Positions 24,301 to 37,600 of a stretch of DNA of 64,000 bases are shown in pieces; the first letter of the stretch is position 1, and the number at the start of each line of letters is the position of its first letter. The position numbers and the translations under genes are program-made. The stretch comes from Macrostomum hystrix (taxonomy: Eukaryota; Animalia; Platyhelminthes), in assembly GCA_950097015.1 (NCBI GenBank), contig CATNEN010000008.1, positions 434,001 through 498,000 on the forward strand, given 5' to 3'. Below the pieces are notes generated by a model. The model was not told the origin of the DNA, did no database searches, and saw nothing but the letters and a program-made list of their open reading frames with translations.

Positions 24301-27300
24301 CGAAGGACTTGAATAATCAATAAAAATGGCACTGTACTGGTTAATAATTAATAGGTAAAGTAAAAACCAGTTCGTATACATTCAATTAGTGAGTTAAAAT
24401 CAATCAATCAAACAACAAACCAATCAATTAATTTATTAAACAAAAACCTAATTATTGAATCAACCAATCAGTCAACCAATCAACCAACCAGCCAACTAAA
24501 ATCAATACCAACAATCAATAAATTAATAATTAAATTCATCAATCTTTTAATATAACAATGAGTATAACAATCCATCGAAATTTGAAAAAAATTAACAAAG
24601 TACTAAATCAATCACTGTACTATTTAGTTAATGAGCAAAAGAGCATTGAGTTTATTACGAAGTAAATAATAAATAGACCAATAAAGCGATCTATCAGTAA
24701 ATCTATCATTCAGCCAAAATGAAGCTAATATCGCTTTCTCGCTTTCTCGCTTGTTTGCTCTCACTGTTTTCGGGGTTAAAGAGTACGCTCGTAAAATAGT
24801 AAATGGGGTTTAAGAATGTACTTTTTTCGGCTTTCTCAAAGCTTAAAAAACAACTTGGAATAAAAAGGCAGAGAGAACATCAGAGACAGAAAGAGGGAGG
24901 CATGGCATTGCGTGCGGCCGCGAACAGCAATAACAAGGTCAGGGAGAATCTCTATTAGACAAATATCCCCGACCTGCTCAATCCTGAGCTTGGTCGTGCC
25001 TGAGCACTAATAACCTGGCGCCATAAATGGCCCGTGTTAGACCAGGATTTGAGCGCACAATTTCCCGCATAAGCTGACAACTAAAAAGCTAATGTCTTGC
25101 CCTAACCTCAATTAAGTAATCTAAATTAAGGCTTTACAGCCGAATTAAAGGGAAGAAGGGATGAAGGTGGCAGGTTGCACCTTAAGTTGACGAAGAAAAA
25201 GGGGACAGTGGTCTGAGCTCGATTCCACAGTGAGGTCCCTGAGCTCGATTCCACAGTGAGGTCACATTTAGGGGCGCAGCCGCGGAAAGAAGGCTTCGGG
25301 GCTGCCTGACGATGAGAAAGTCAAGGTACAGTATCTGAGAGCGTGTGTGCTCAGGAGTCAGCGGAACGGGTAGAACTGCCTCCATGATGGCAGCGGGTCT
25401 AGTGTCATCAAATGATGTGCCATTGCCTGCAGCCCTCCTGCAACCATTATTTTTGTTAAGGAATATTTATTATTGTTCAGGTGAGCTGAATGAGATTGTG
25501 CTGACCTGTTCGGTAGTGGCGGCAATTCGTTCATGGATGCTGAAGTAAATATTGACCTTGATTTATGTACAAAACTATTCTTTATCTACGCCTAATTAAC
25601 GTGATTTGACTCCTTGTAGTAAGCCATAGCAAGTGTTTGTTAGAAGGTTAACTCACGTTGGATTAATCAATGACACCGAAGTCAGCACCAGGTAGAAGTC
25701 CTCCGGTCCCTCTGGTATCGAGTCGTCCAGCAGCTGCACCGACACCGTTGCCCGCGAGTCTCCAGGCCCGAAGGTCAGGAAGCCCATGACTGGCACATAG
25801 TCTGAGTCAGCGGACGCTGAGCCATTGCGAGTGGCGTACCTCACCGAGACGGTTCCGAAGGTGCCGCCCAAACGTTGCACAGCGATTTCCACCTGACTGT
25901 TCGCTTCGGGCCGCACAATGGGCGCCGAGCTGGCGAACTCGAACAGACCGTAGGGAAAATCGCTGGCTCGCAAGATCACCGTTGCTTGGTTGTTGGTCGG
26001 CGACAAAGTGGCCAGGCTTGGTTGTACACCTGTGAGCAGAAGCAGGTAGACCACGGCCAGCTCTGGGATGGAGTCGTCCACAGCTCTCAGCACAATATCC
26101 CCAGCGGGCACACCGTCCGGTATCACCAGCGTGCCGTGTGTCTCCACAAAATTGTTGATGTCTCGCGGGATAAGCGTCCAAAATACTTGCACCTGGACGG
26201 GCGGATTGCAAATTCGTGTCGGAATTACGCTTTTTGATTCATAAAAAAAACTGTAGTCAGCTGTACACAGCCTGTCAATTAGAACCTGATAAAAAGTAGA
26301 AATGTACGCATGTAGGTATTCCAGGTATTCCCAGCCGGTTCACGGATATAGCTAGGCGAGTTCAGTTATATGCCGCAACCAAATTCAGGATTTCAGCTCT
26401 CTTTGGTCAGGTAAAAGTGCACAAGATCGGTAATTAGAAAATCATGCTACGGTGCATCGCGTCGGAAATCCGCTTTACACATCAGAAGAGTAAAACTGCA
26501 ACAACCTATATGAACTCTTTGATCTTTTAATAAGGCCTTCCAACCGCGAATCCTGCCGAAGACTACGAAATGATTAACTTTGGGACTTCCTCTGGCAAGA
26601 GGTAATGACTGTTTAAAGCCGTTTTTTAAGGATTATATTCAATTTTAAGAAGTACAGCTGAATAATTCTGAAGTAAAAATCTAATTATCAACTGGCTTTG
26701 CATGAGAAAAACGCTGCTAGGCAAGTTTAGAAAGATTTCGTTTAGTTTTCGTTAATTTTAAGTTATAGAAAGAAGATAGAAATGTCACTTAGATGTACAG
26801 CTGGAGGCAGAGCCGGAGCAATTGCTCGGCGCTTCCAAAGCTGTGTACAACTGTTTTGTCCATGGATTAAGAAAGTCGCCACACCCACCAATAATTCCAC
26901 CCGGCGGTCCGACGGACGCAGCGGGGAGGCGGGAGTCGCCCATTCCGCTAAATAATTCCACCCACTTTACGTCGTCTTGCTCCAGGACAAAAAAATTCTG
27001 GCCTCTCGTTCAGAAGTCGGAAGTTTAACAACTGGGCTGCAATTCCCCAGTTAACCACAGGTGTAACTGGTCCAATAATTGACACTATGGATCAAAAGTG
27101 GATCTAGATCCAGAGGATCTCCATATCTCACCTCTCCATTCGTGCCGCCGCCACGGGTGACCGTCACCCTGGCCTCGCCACTGTCCGTCAAGGCCTGCCT
27201 CTCCGCAATGAGCACCCGCTTCGAGCCGGGCGCGATTCCAATCAGCCCGGAACTCCCCGGATCAGCCTGGATGATGATCACAGCGTCGCCGCGAGTTGGC

Positions 27301-27427
27301 GAGATGTCACCCAGGGTGCCGCTGAGCACCAGGGAGACTCGGTAGCTCCTCTGGCCCTCCGTGACGTTGTCCGGCTTTGTGCGCAAAGTGAAGTTCTTTA
27401 CTGTCTCGCCCTGCGTAAAGGGAGTAA

Positions 27428-27466
<39 letters not shown>

Positions 27467-27511
27467 GATTACTTTTATTATTATTATTATTTTTATTATT
27501 ATTATTATTAT

Positions 27512-27603
<92 letters not shown>

Positions 27604-28588
27604 ATAGTAGTAGTAGTAGTTGTAGTAGTAGGGCTTGTAATGCAATTTGCGCCCTCGAGGGCCAATCTCAAAGGCACAGTGAGTGTACACTGCCCGACAA
27701 TTAGGATGTACACACCTGTGTGAGTGTGTGCCAGCACACTCTGAATTTTCTACTATGTATATACAGGCATTTAAGCTACACTAAAGTGCTTCTTAGAAAT
27801 TAAATGCTTTCAATGGTTAAAGTACTTCGGGACACAAAAAATAATAATGATCAGTACAATGAAGCAGTAGGTTCTACTGCTTCCTGTCATTCCTAGACTG
27901 TTAGTCGGCATATTCGCTCTTGTACCGGCGTCTAATTCAAATCTGCTAGCAACCTGCAGGAATTTTATACGAGTAATGCTTACGAGCGTACATCTGGTTT
28001 TTAGGCTTTCACTAATTCCCCCACCAAAGTACGTGCGGTCTCTGAATTCGTGTCCTTTTATTTATTCCTCTATTTTGAAGATTAAATGAGCCCGAAGTTG
28101 GAAGAAGGCTCAAACACAGGGCCTCTGCTCGCTTGCTTTAATGCTGCGGAAAATCAGGACCGCTGGAACTCCGCTGATTAAGTTGAGTTGTGTCGCTCAC
28201 TCTCACTTTTCAAAGAATGTTACTGAGTGTACATGTAAGCAACGGTTGGCTTTAGAGGGTCAGTGGCAAAACGGTTAACGCGTTTGCCTCTCGCACCAAG
28301 GTCCCTGAGCTGAGTCCCTGAGCGGAGAGAAGGCTTGGGGCTTGTCGTGCAATTTACGCCCTTGATGGCCAACCTCCAAGGTACAGTGAATTTGTACACT
28401 GCCTGGCAATGAGATAGTCAGGGCAGATGTACACACCTGTGTGAGTGTGTGCCTGCGTACTATATCTGTGTGCATGTGTGCTCAGGAGTCAACGAAATGG
28501 GCAGAATTGCCTCCTCGCTGACTGCGGGTCTAGCGTCTCCAAATAATGTATCACCGCCCCCTGCCCTCACTTATTATTATTATTATTC

Positions 28589-28653
<65 letters not shown>

Positions 28654-31600
28654 GTTATTATTATAACGGTTAGATTTTTATATCCAGGCCCAAAAATTGA
28701 ATAAGTAACTGGTCCAAACCTCTTCGAAAACCAGCAGGCCCTGATACGGCTCCAGAAAGTCGCCCCTGGCAGCCGGCTCAAGCTGCCAGGTGAGGCTGAC
28801 TCGACCCACAGCCGACTGCGCCCGTTGCACCGTCAGCAAGGCCAGACCGTCTGGATCAGCCAAGCTAGTTGATTCCTTCACAGTGACTGGCGAATTGGCA
28901 AACTGGAACTGACCGTAGGGCGAATCGTTCGGCGGGATGGCCACGGTGACGGTGTTGTCCGAGCCGATCACTGCACCGCCGTCGACGCGCACCAGCTGCA
29001 CCAAGAATGTTTCCGTGGTCTCCGGTATCGTATCGTCAACGATATTGATGGCGATGCTTGCCGAAGACATCTGGTCCAGAATGGTCACTTGGCCGCTACT
29101 GGGATTGTAATCGTCTGTTGTCGCCGTCTGCGGCTTCGCCTCCCAGGTGATTGTCTGGTTGCCGAAGAAGCCGACAGTGCGGCTGATTCGCAGCAGCAGC
29201 TGGTTTATACCTTCGTAGGCTATGACGTAGCCCTCCATGTTCTGTTGGTTGGATAATTTAGAATGTTGAAGATGGAGCGCTGCTCATACGATTTTTGAAA
29301 TAGAAACAGAACCCTACATACACTTGTACTACTCGTATGTAATAACGCATCTCACATTGCTTCACAAAGGCAAATTTTCTGTGATTGTGTGCTGTCTGAA
29401 CTCCAACCGTACCTGATGATGTGAAACTCCAACCCAAAGTACATACTCAGCCCACTACATAGGTTTTACCTTGGTGACATTGAAGTGAACGATGCCTCTG
29501 GCGTTGTCATTCTCAGCGATGAGTACCTGACAGGAGGCAGCTGTAGTCTTGATCGTAGGCTGTGTACCTGGCGCCGGCACTGCGTCCAGGAGCTGCACGC
29601 CGGTGATGTTCACCAGGAAGTATTCAGTAAGCTCGGGAATGTTGTCCTGAAGTTGGATTACAGAGAACGGAGATGTGTTCTTCAGGCAAATTAAAAACTC
29701 GGAATGTTTCAAGTAGCTTCCTTTTCCAAAATACGAGTACAAAGTTTCGTAAATATGAGCTTATACGTTGAGCTCTTAAGTACTGTCTCTTACCATTAGA
29801 ATAATCATGGCCACCTGGACCCTAGTCTGGTTGTTGTCCAAGGTCACTATGCTGAGCGTTGCCAGGTAGTCCTCACCGGCTGTCGCCCGCTGATTCGGCA
29901 GCACCGCGAAGTCCGGGTATGTGCTGGAATTCGAATTTCTTACTAGGGTGTTCAATAAAATACATTCTACAACTGCATCAATTCGCTTTCTCTTAGTAGT
30001 AAGTCGCTTGATGCACTAGAAACTTGTAGCCCCAGTGGTTAGAGCTTCGGGATTCTGAATTAACGATCGATAGTTAGAATCTTATCCCAAGGGAGGCAAT
30101 CTGTGTCCATGAGCACGACGATTATAATATTCCCTAGTGGTTTAGTTCATCCAGCTGTAAAATTTGCAGCTGGGATAGAAATTTTAGAGGGTGTTGGGGC
30201 CTCCCAAGTCGCTAAAGCTGTAGCTTATTCAGTAATTTCAATTACGTGAATGAAATCCGGATTTTGCCGATCGCTCCCTGGCTCCGAACCATGGTCAGGT
30301 AGACGGTGCCATCCATGCCGTCCGGCTCCGTGGTCCGGACCACTGGGTCCTGCCAACCAATGACACCGTGCGGGTTGTCGTTGGCTAGGATGAGCACTGT
30401 GCAGTTTGAGAAGTCGCCTATAGTCGGATACTCGTCAGGTGCGGTTGCGACATCCGCTGTCACCTTGGTCAGCATCACAATCGCTCTTTCATCAAGCTCA
30501 GGAATGTTGTCATCCTTCACTGTTAAGGTGATGGTGGCCAGCGAAGATCCCTTGGCAAACTCAGCAGTGCCAGACATTGGTGCTAAGTCGCCGCTGGTGA
30601 CGTCGCCTGGGGCATTTAGATTTTTAGCTCGTAGAAACCTCTTTAAAAATATAATATTTTAAACTATCTAAAACGGCATATTAGAAGCACGAAAACCTAC
30701 CCACAACAATGAACTGAACCAGCACCCTTGCGAAGGTGCCCCCAGTTCGGGTCAGGCTCACGAGTACCGGATTGTCTCTTCCGTTGAGTTCTTCCACGTC
30801 CAGAAAGCGTGAGCTAACGTCAAAGTTGATCTCGCCGTAGGGATTATCGTTGGCTAGAATGACAATAGAAGCAGTCCTCTGCGGCCCGAATTGCACACCG
30901 TTCTGAGGACTCGCCAGCACAATGTCAAAGTACTCGTCAGGCTCTGATATATCGTCGTCCAGAACGAATACGCTAGTCGAAATTTCCTTCTGGCCTTCCT
31001 CAAGTGTCATTGTCATCGTCGCTGGGACGAAATCGCTAATAGTAGCAATCGTACTTATCATATAGATCTGTGAACTCGCTCCATCTACGTCGAATGTACT
31101 GTTGACGTGCGCCAATAAGAGGATACTTGTAGTCGACTGTTTTACAACTATTGGCTGATACTGACTAGCAGGACCGAAAGTGGTAACCTGGACGAACAAA
31201 AAACTGCTGCTGTTCCAGCCCATCACAATAGTACTTCCCGTTCTACTAGTGATACCAAAGTAAGCTGAAATTTTATTTGATCGCGGCGTTATTAACTTTG
31301 TTCTAAAAAATAAAGAAAACTATACCTAGCAAACAAATACTCTTCTCAAAGTGATGCATGAATGTGCAACTTACTAACGGTGTTTGCACCCTGAAAGGCG
31401 AATACGTTCACGGCATTATTTGTGGGCACAGTTTGGTGCTGCACAAAGTTTGAGCCCTGCCAGCGGTAGACGACTGAGTCCACGCTATTCAGTATCGGAC
31501 CATCGCGATTGTTAGCTATGACCAAAAACATCTGAGAGCCGATGTAGAATATTGTTGCTGCCCTGGCTCCTTTGGTAGGCAGAGTCTGATGCACCACAAA

Positions 31601-34600
31601 TGAAGCCCTGAGAGACTCGTAGCGATATAGAACGGACCCGATTGTGTAAGCATTGCTGCTAGAATCGAAGTAGTTGAGCAGAAGCAGAAAGCAGAGGCCG
31701 CCCTGCTGGAAGCTCAAGCTATCCGAGGCTCCTTGAGTATTGATCAGTTGCATGACTGAAGCACCGAACCGCTGGTTGACGTCGTCCCACTTGTAAACAC
31801 TACTATATACGGTTGTCTCAGCCTTGGCATTTTGATAACTAGCCACAAACAGGTAATTTCCGCCATCAACATTGTAAAATGTGACGCTGGATCCGTAAAC
31901 TGTTGGAATGTCTTGTGTAACGTTTAACGCTCCCGTGTCCTGGTTGATTCGATATATTCTTGTGACTGTATTTGGTCGGTCACTACTTCCTTGGTTGACA
32001 ATTGCTAGGTAGTGCTGCGAGTTTATTGTGAAGTGAATAGCATCTGTTGCAAAATCGGTCATCACAGTTTGAACAGGTTCCAGACGTCCTTGCCATCTAA
32101 ATAAGTGAACACAGAAAAAATGTTTCTCTGTTAAAAAACTTCAGGATCAATGTCGCATCACAGAGCTTACCGGTATAAAACGGATGTTGTAATCCTTCTC
32201 TCATCGAATTCGCCATCGGAACCGTCACTTCCTACGGCTCTGGCAGGCAGAGGAGCCACACGATAACTGGAAAGCATCAGCATGTATGTCAGCGAGTCTG
32301 CCAGCTCGAAGGTCACCCACCGTTGCAGGCTGGTGGCCGGGAACGTCTGCAGAGAGTTGAGCATCAGGACCGCCCCCGATGTTGCTGATGCTGTTCTGGG
32401 CAGGACTTGCAGATCAAAGCTGACCCTGCTCACCAGACCTCGCGACCTGCGCATCTGCACGATTAGGGAGCTATCAGCCTCCTGAACTGTGTAGTAGCTA
32501 GCTTTGACTCTAGTTAGCCTGTGGGAGATTTTGTCGTGAATTATCGAACGTATGCATGTTAATCAGGATCAAATTGGGTCAGAGGTCTCACCCGCTCGGC
32601 GCACTGATGGAAACTATGTTAATCTCTCCGTACGGACTGTCATTGTCAACAATGGTGACTCTTCTCTGTGTCACGGTGCCAAGAGTGGCCCCATTCTTAG
32701 GATTGACCAGCCGGACTAGGTATGTCTTCGCTGTCTCAGGCATGTCGTCAGGCGTTGCGCCCACTTCAAAAGAAGCTGTTGTTTGCAAATTTTCCATTGT
32801 GATTGCGCCCGACAGCGGACCAATGTCAGTCAAGTTATCGTTGGTGCCGTCCAATCTAGTGACAATAAACTCGAATGAAATCTGTCCAAACGTTCCAGGG
32901 CCTCTGATTACGTTGAAAATTATCTGCACGAATAAATTAAATAAGTACTTTGTAAGGGATTCGGAAACGCTGGATTAGGTCAAAAGAAAATGATATATGA
33001 TATGAATAATAGTATTAATTAACTAAACCTGCCCTAATCGGACCAGATGTGCAGCCGAGTGCCGACGGCACAGCTATTGCGCGGCGCATCTGAAGGATGC
33101 GTACGGCTGTTCAGTCCATGGACTGGGGGGACGCCACACCCACCCTATCTGACCCCCAGCTAATGCTGGTACCCATTCAATAGCTTGGTGGAAAAAAACC
33201 CTGCAGAGCTAATTGAATTGCTAAATGGACATAAATTGTTTCAGTGGAGTCGAAAATCGAACCCCCGACCATCAAAGCGAGAGTCCGACGCTCTAACTAC
33301 TAGGCGGAAACCCCCCACAGTGGCTAGTTAATAAAAATATCTATATTTTTTATCTAATTGAAATCTAAATCATAGATTTCGGTTCGCAAACCTTCGAGGG
33401 AGGCGCTGCAACGCCATCTCCAGGTTCACTAAGTTGGACATCGCTGGTAGAATCGAAGTTCAGTACTCCACCAGCACCGTCGTTGCTCAGTATTGTGATT
33501 ACCGACACTGACGGAGTGCCCAGCAGCAGCCCGTTAGTTGGGTTGCCCAGCACGACTTGAAATGTCTCATCTGGTTCCGGAATATCGTCGTCCAAAATGA
33601 GAACTTCGATCGTTTTCGTCGTTTCTCCTGGATTAAAGACTAATGTCTAAAATTGGTTAGGCAGGGAAACTAAAACTCAGTTACCTGTGTGCTTTAAAAA
33701 TAAATACGAGCTGGCAGGCATGAAATTTATATGAAATATCATACCGAAGGCTGTATATCGAAGTCTGTACTCTGTGCTGTCACCAGCTGGGAATAGTAGA
33801 ACACGCTTACAGTTCCAAAGGTGCCCATGGTTCGCAAAACTGTCAATAGGATCTTTTGTCTCGTCTCATTGACAGACAGCCTAAGAAATTATTTGCAGTT
33901 TTATAATATGCATGTATACGAAGTATTTGGGGTTAGTGGTTTAATGATTAGACTTTGGAACTAATATGGCTTCAGAACTAACCTGTCACTACCAGGCGGG
34001 AAAATAACTACACCGGTAGTTCCATCGCTCGCTCTGATGGTTATGTTAGCACTTAGCTCTGTGGTGTTGTCTAGTGCAGGTGGATAGCTTGTCGTCCCTG
34101 GTCCTAAGAATTCAACTCTAGTAAGGTCAATTTGAAGTATTTCATCGATTTCTGGTATATTGTCATCAATGATGCTGACATCAATGCTCTTCTGCACTTC
34201 CCCATCTTCGAAGTCTATGTAGAAATCATCCACTGTATAGTCTGCTTCGTAGGTAGCCTGTGCAGTAAGACGTGGCAAATCGGTGACATTTGTGGGTTTA
34301 AAGTACACCCGAACTTTGCCAATGCTGCCGTACTTCCGAAGCACCAGAATGGGGATTGTTGTGTTGACTTCGTCTGTGGTTTGATTCAAAGTACCCGTAG
34401 CCAGCTGGAACAGACCGTGGGGCCTGTTGTGCGCTCGAACAGTCAAAATCATTTCGCGCTTGGTTGGATCTATCTGGGCAGCTCCGGAGCTCTCAACGCC
34501 TGTGGTATTCACGCTCACTAGCTGAATTGAGAAACTTTCGTCAACGCTCGGCTTCGAGTCCTCAAGAACGGTCAAGTTGATCGACCCGCTGAGCAAGTGG

Positions 34601-37600
34601 CGGCCGAACCTGACTCGCCCGTATGTTTGCTCAAATGTCTCATTGGCGTTGTAACCGCCAAGGCCGACGATTCGCCATCTCACCGTGACGTTGCCCTCTC
34701 CGGGAAAACTCCTCAGCACATCAATAGATACCATTTGACCTTCGTCAGTGAGAAGAGTATTGCTAGCAAAGCCGATCATTCCAGCCACCAGGTCGTTAGC
34801 GTTGATGATCACCGACACGGATGCCTTGTCGGGATCAATTGCCGCTCCGCCGGTTGGATTACTGAGGTCGAGTACAATGCTCTCTGCCAGCTCTGGTATG
34901 TTGTCGTCCAGAATGGCTATGGTGAATACTGAAGAGTGAGAAATGGAAGCAGGCGAGTTAAAAAAACTGTAAATAGTTCTTTTCAAAACCGTCAAAAAGA
35001 TCTACGAGATACCCTTCGTGGACTGCTCTTACCTCTCCTGGTCTCGCTAGGCCCAAATGTCAGAGTTGCGCCATCAGCTCTGAAGTCGACAAAGTTGGTG
35101 GCAGTCGACTTTGCTGTGTTGACTCGCCAGTTAACCGAGGCGTAGCCGATTGCACCGCCGGATCTCTCGACAACAAGCTCAACGGCCAAACTGCCCTGCT
35201 CAGGAACGTGAATCAGCGAGCCGCCGTTCTCAGCTCGAGTGTCAGGGCTGTACAACCGGAACAGGCCATTGGGATTGTCGTTGGCCCTGATTGTGACATT
35301 CGCACTAAGAAGGCTTCCGAGCTTGGGCATGATTTTCGGGTTCAGTGGGTCCGTAGTTATCACCTCCACGGATGTTAGTGTGATCACGAAGGACTCGTCC
35401 AGCTCTGGAAGTGAGTCATCCTTGATCACCATTGGGAGCTGTGTTTCACTCAAGCCAGGCGGATAAATGAAGACTCCGTCGTTGTACGGAACGACATCAA
35501 CTCCAACTTCGGCCAGGTTTTGATACAGTGTTTGCGACTGAAATGTAGGACGCCGATCAAGTTGATTTCAGTAGCGAGCACATGCTCCTATTTCGAAATT
35601 AGATGTGATCAACCTTTTTACCAATTGATACTTACCTCTGCCAGATTCTTCACGTAGTACCTCGCCTGACTGTCGGGCACCAGCCTGAGTGCATCCGACG
35701 ACGAGTACCAGTTGCACTCCGTGGTGCTGACGTAAAAGTACACGGCCTGACAGGCTTTAGCCTCCAAGCAAGCCAGAAGGCAAGCCTGAAATAAACATTT
35801 CTAATAGATTGTACTTTAAAAAGTTCCGATTAGGAAAAATATTTTTTTCAAGGTTACCTGTTGCGGGTCGCTTTCGCTCGATACATTAACATGGATTCCT
35901 TTGTTACTAGGATAGCCATAGTATGGACTCATGAAATAGTAGTAAACTGTGAGCAACAAACTATCGATGATTGGGAGCAGTGGCGTGTTGCTGAGAACGT
36001 AGGTGATTCGTAACTGTTTAAAGAGGCCTCTTCTGGAAAGCATTAGCGTATTTATTGCTGAGTATCATACTTTTACATACCGAACTCCCGTGCCTCAAAC
36101 TTCAAACAGGTACCTCAAAAATTCCAATCGGCACACGGACTACAAAAGGACAGCCCATCACACCAGCGCCACTTCATTATAGCAACTCAACATTATCCAA
36201 GCCATCACATCCACCAACCAGTCACACTGATCCGCGAACCCCGAATCCGAATCCGCGAATCCGAGTATCTATAGCTCGTGATTACGCTCGGTGCGTACTA
36301 AATAATATCAATCAGCGCTCACTGTCGGATGATGGTTACGTTCTGCAGACTGTCGCCAATCAGTTCGTTAATCCAGTATGAACCTCTCTGGAATTCAACA
36401 ATCCCGTATGGATCATCATTGGGCAGGATGCTCAACGTGAATTCACTGTTGTCTCCCAAGCGTCCGCCGTTCGAAGCCTTTGTCAGAACAATCTTAATGT
36501 CCTCGCGATCCTCGGAGACGTTGTCAGCTCTCACATTGATAATAAGGCTCTTGCTGCCTTCATTGGACACAAAAATAATTGTGCCCTCTGTGGGCGTTAC
36601 GTCAGTCTCAATTTTGACGCCTGGAAGTAAGCGGAAAGTCAGTTGTATAACGATTTTGAATGAGGGTGTAGTGGTCTTAGTTTGCCACGTGTGAGATAAA
36701 TATTTTGGTGGGTTGTATTGATTGATTTCGGGCATTGTATTGTTTATTGTGAGCAATTCTGACAATTCAGAGGCTTTGAAACAAGTAAAGACGGATTTTC
36801 GCTTTTATTGTAACCTTTTTTTTCAACCGGTACTTTTTTCAATGGTCTACGATTTACGTATTCCCCCAATGTTCGAAATGAAAATGCAGTCGAGAATATA
36901 CAAGATGGAGAACACTGTATTCTGTGTTTTCAAAGTCTCAAAAACTTTTACTTATAGAAAAAGGACTTAGCAAATCAGCGCGAGACTCGCAACTTCTTTT
37001 TACGAGAATCAAGAGCCAGTTTTCTACTGATTTAGTAGTCCTTACTGAACTTCTAGCCATTACTGGTATCTAGAGTAGCGAAAAGTATACCAATTATGCT
37101 GAGTAAAAGCGGTTATGAAAATGTTTCAGCTAATCAGTACTCTTTAGTCTCGGGGCAAACCCTGACTATCTAGCTCCTAGAGCTGGCCATTAATGAAACT
37201 CAGTGGGACTTACCATTGAGCCTGGCCTCCCAATCTATGACCACCACGCCTATTCTTCCAGCGAGCCTGCTGACTGTCATCTGAACTGGCAGCAGTCCTG
37301 TGTCTGGCTCGTCAACCGTGATACCGAGCGTGCTGAATACTGAAACAGGGGATTCGAACTACTGTTATAATAGTACCGTTCAAGTTAGCTGGAGCTAAAG
37401 CTTTTACGAACATGGCATTTATTGGTCATATTAATGAGAGTAGATTATGGCAGGCTTACCAAAAACTCCATTAGGATCGTCGCTGGCTGCAATGGTGACG
37501 AGACAGGAAGTGACCGAGCCAAGCACGGCCCCGCCGCTCACCTCCCCGGTGAGGCGAATGCGGAAGTCCTCTTGCAGCTCCGGTATGCTGTCGTCAACGA

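Noticed and set aside
27051-27737. 228-aa ORF with poly-Thr/poly-Asn fused to a Calx-beta exon
   Set aside because: The homopolymers are the intronic (TAG)n/(TAT)n microsatellite read in a stop-free frame. The strong acceptor is TTTACGCAG at 27411, and the only in-phase upstream AG is a weak GAG inside a SINE fragment.
33235-33305. tRNA genes (also ~51415-51480, ~56120-56185 and ~61878-61950)
   Set aside because: A and B boxes are present, but the acceptor stems do not pair, the anticodon loops differ between copies, and each continues into a shared SINE body.
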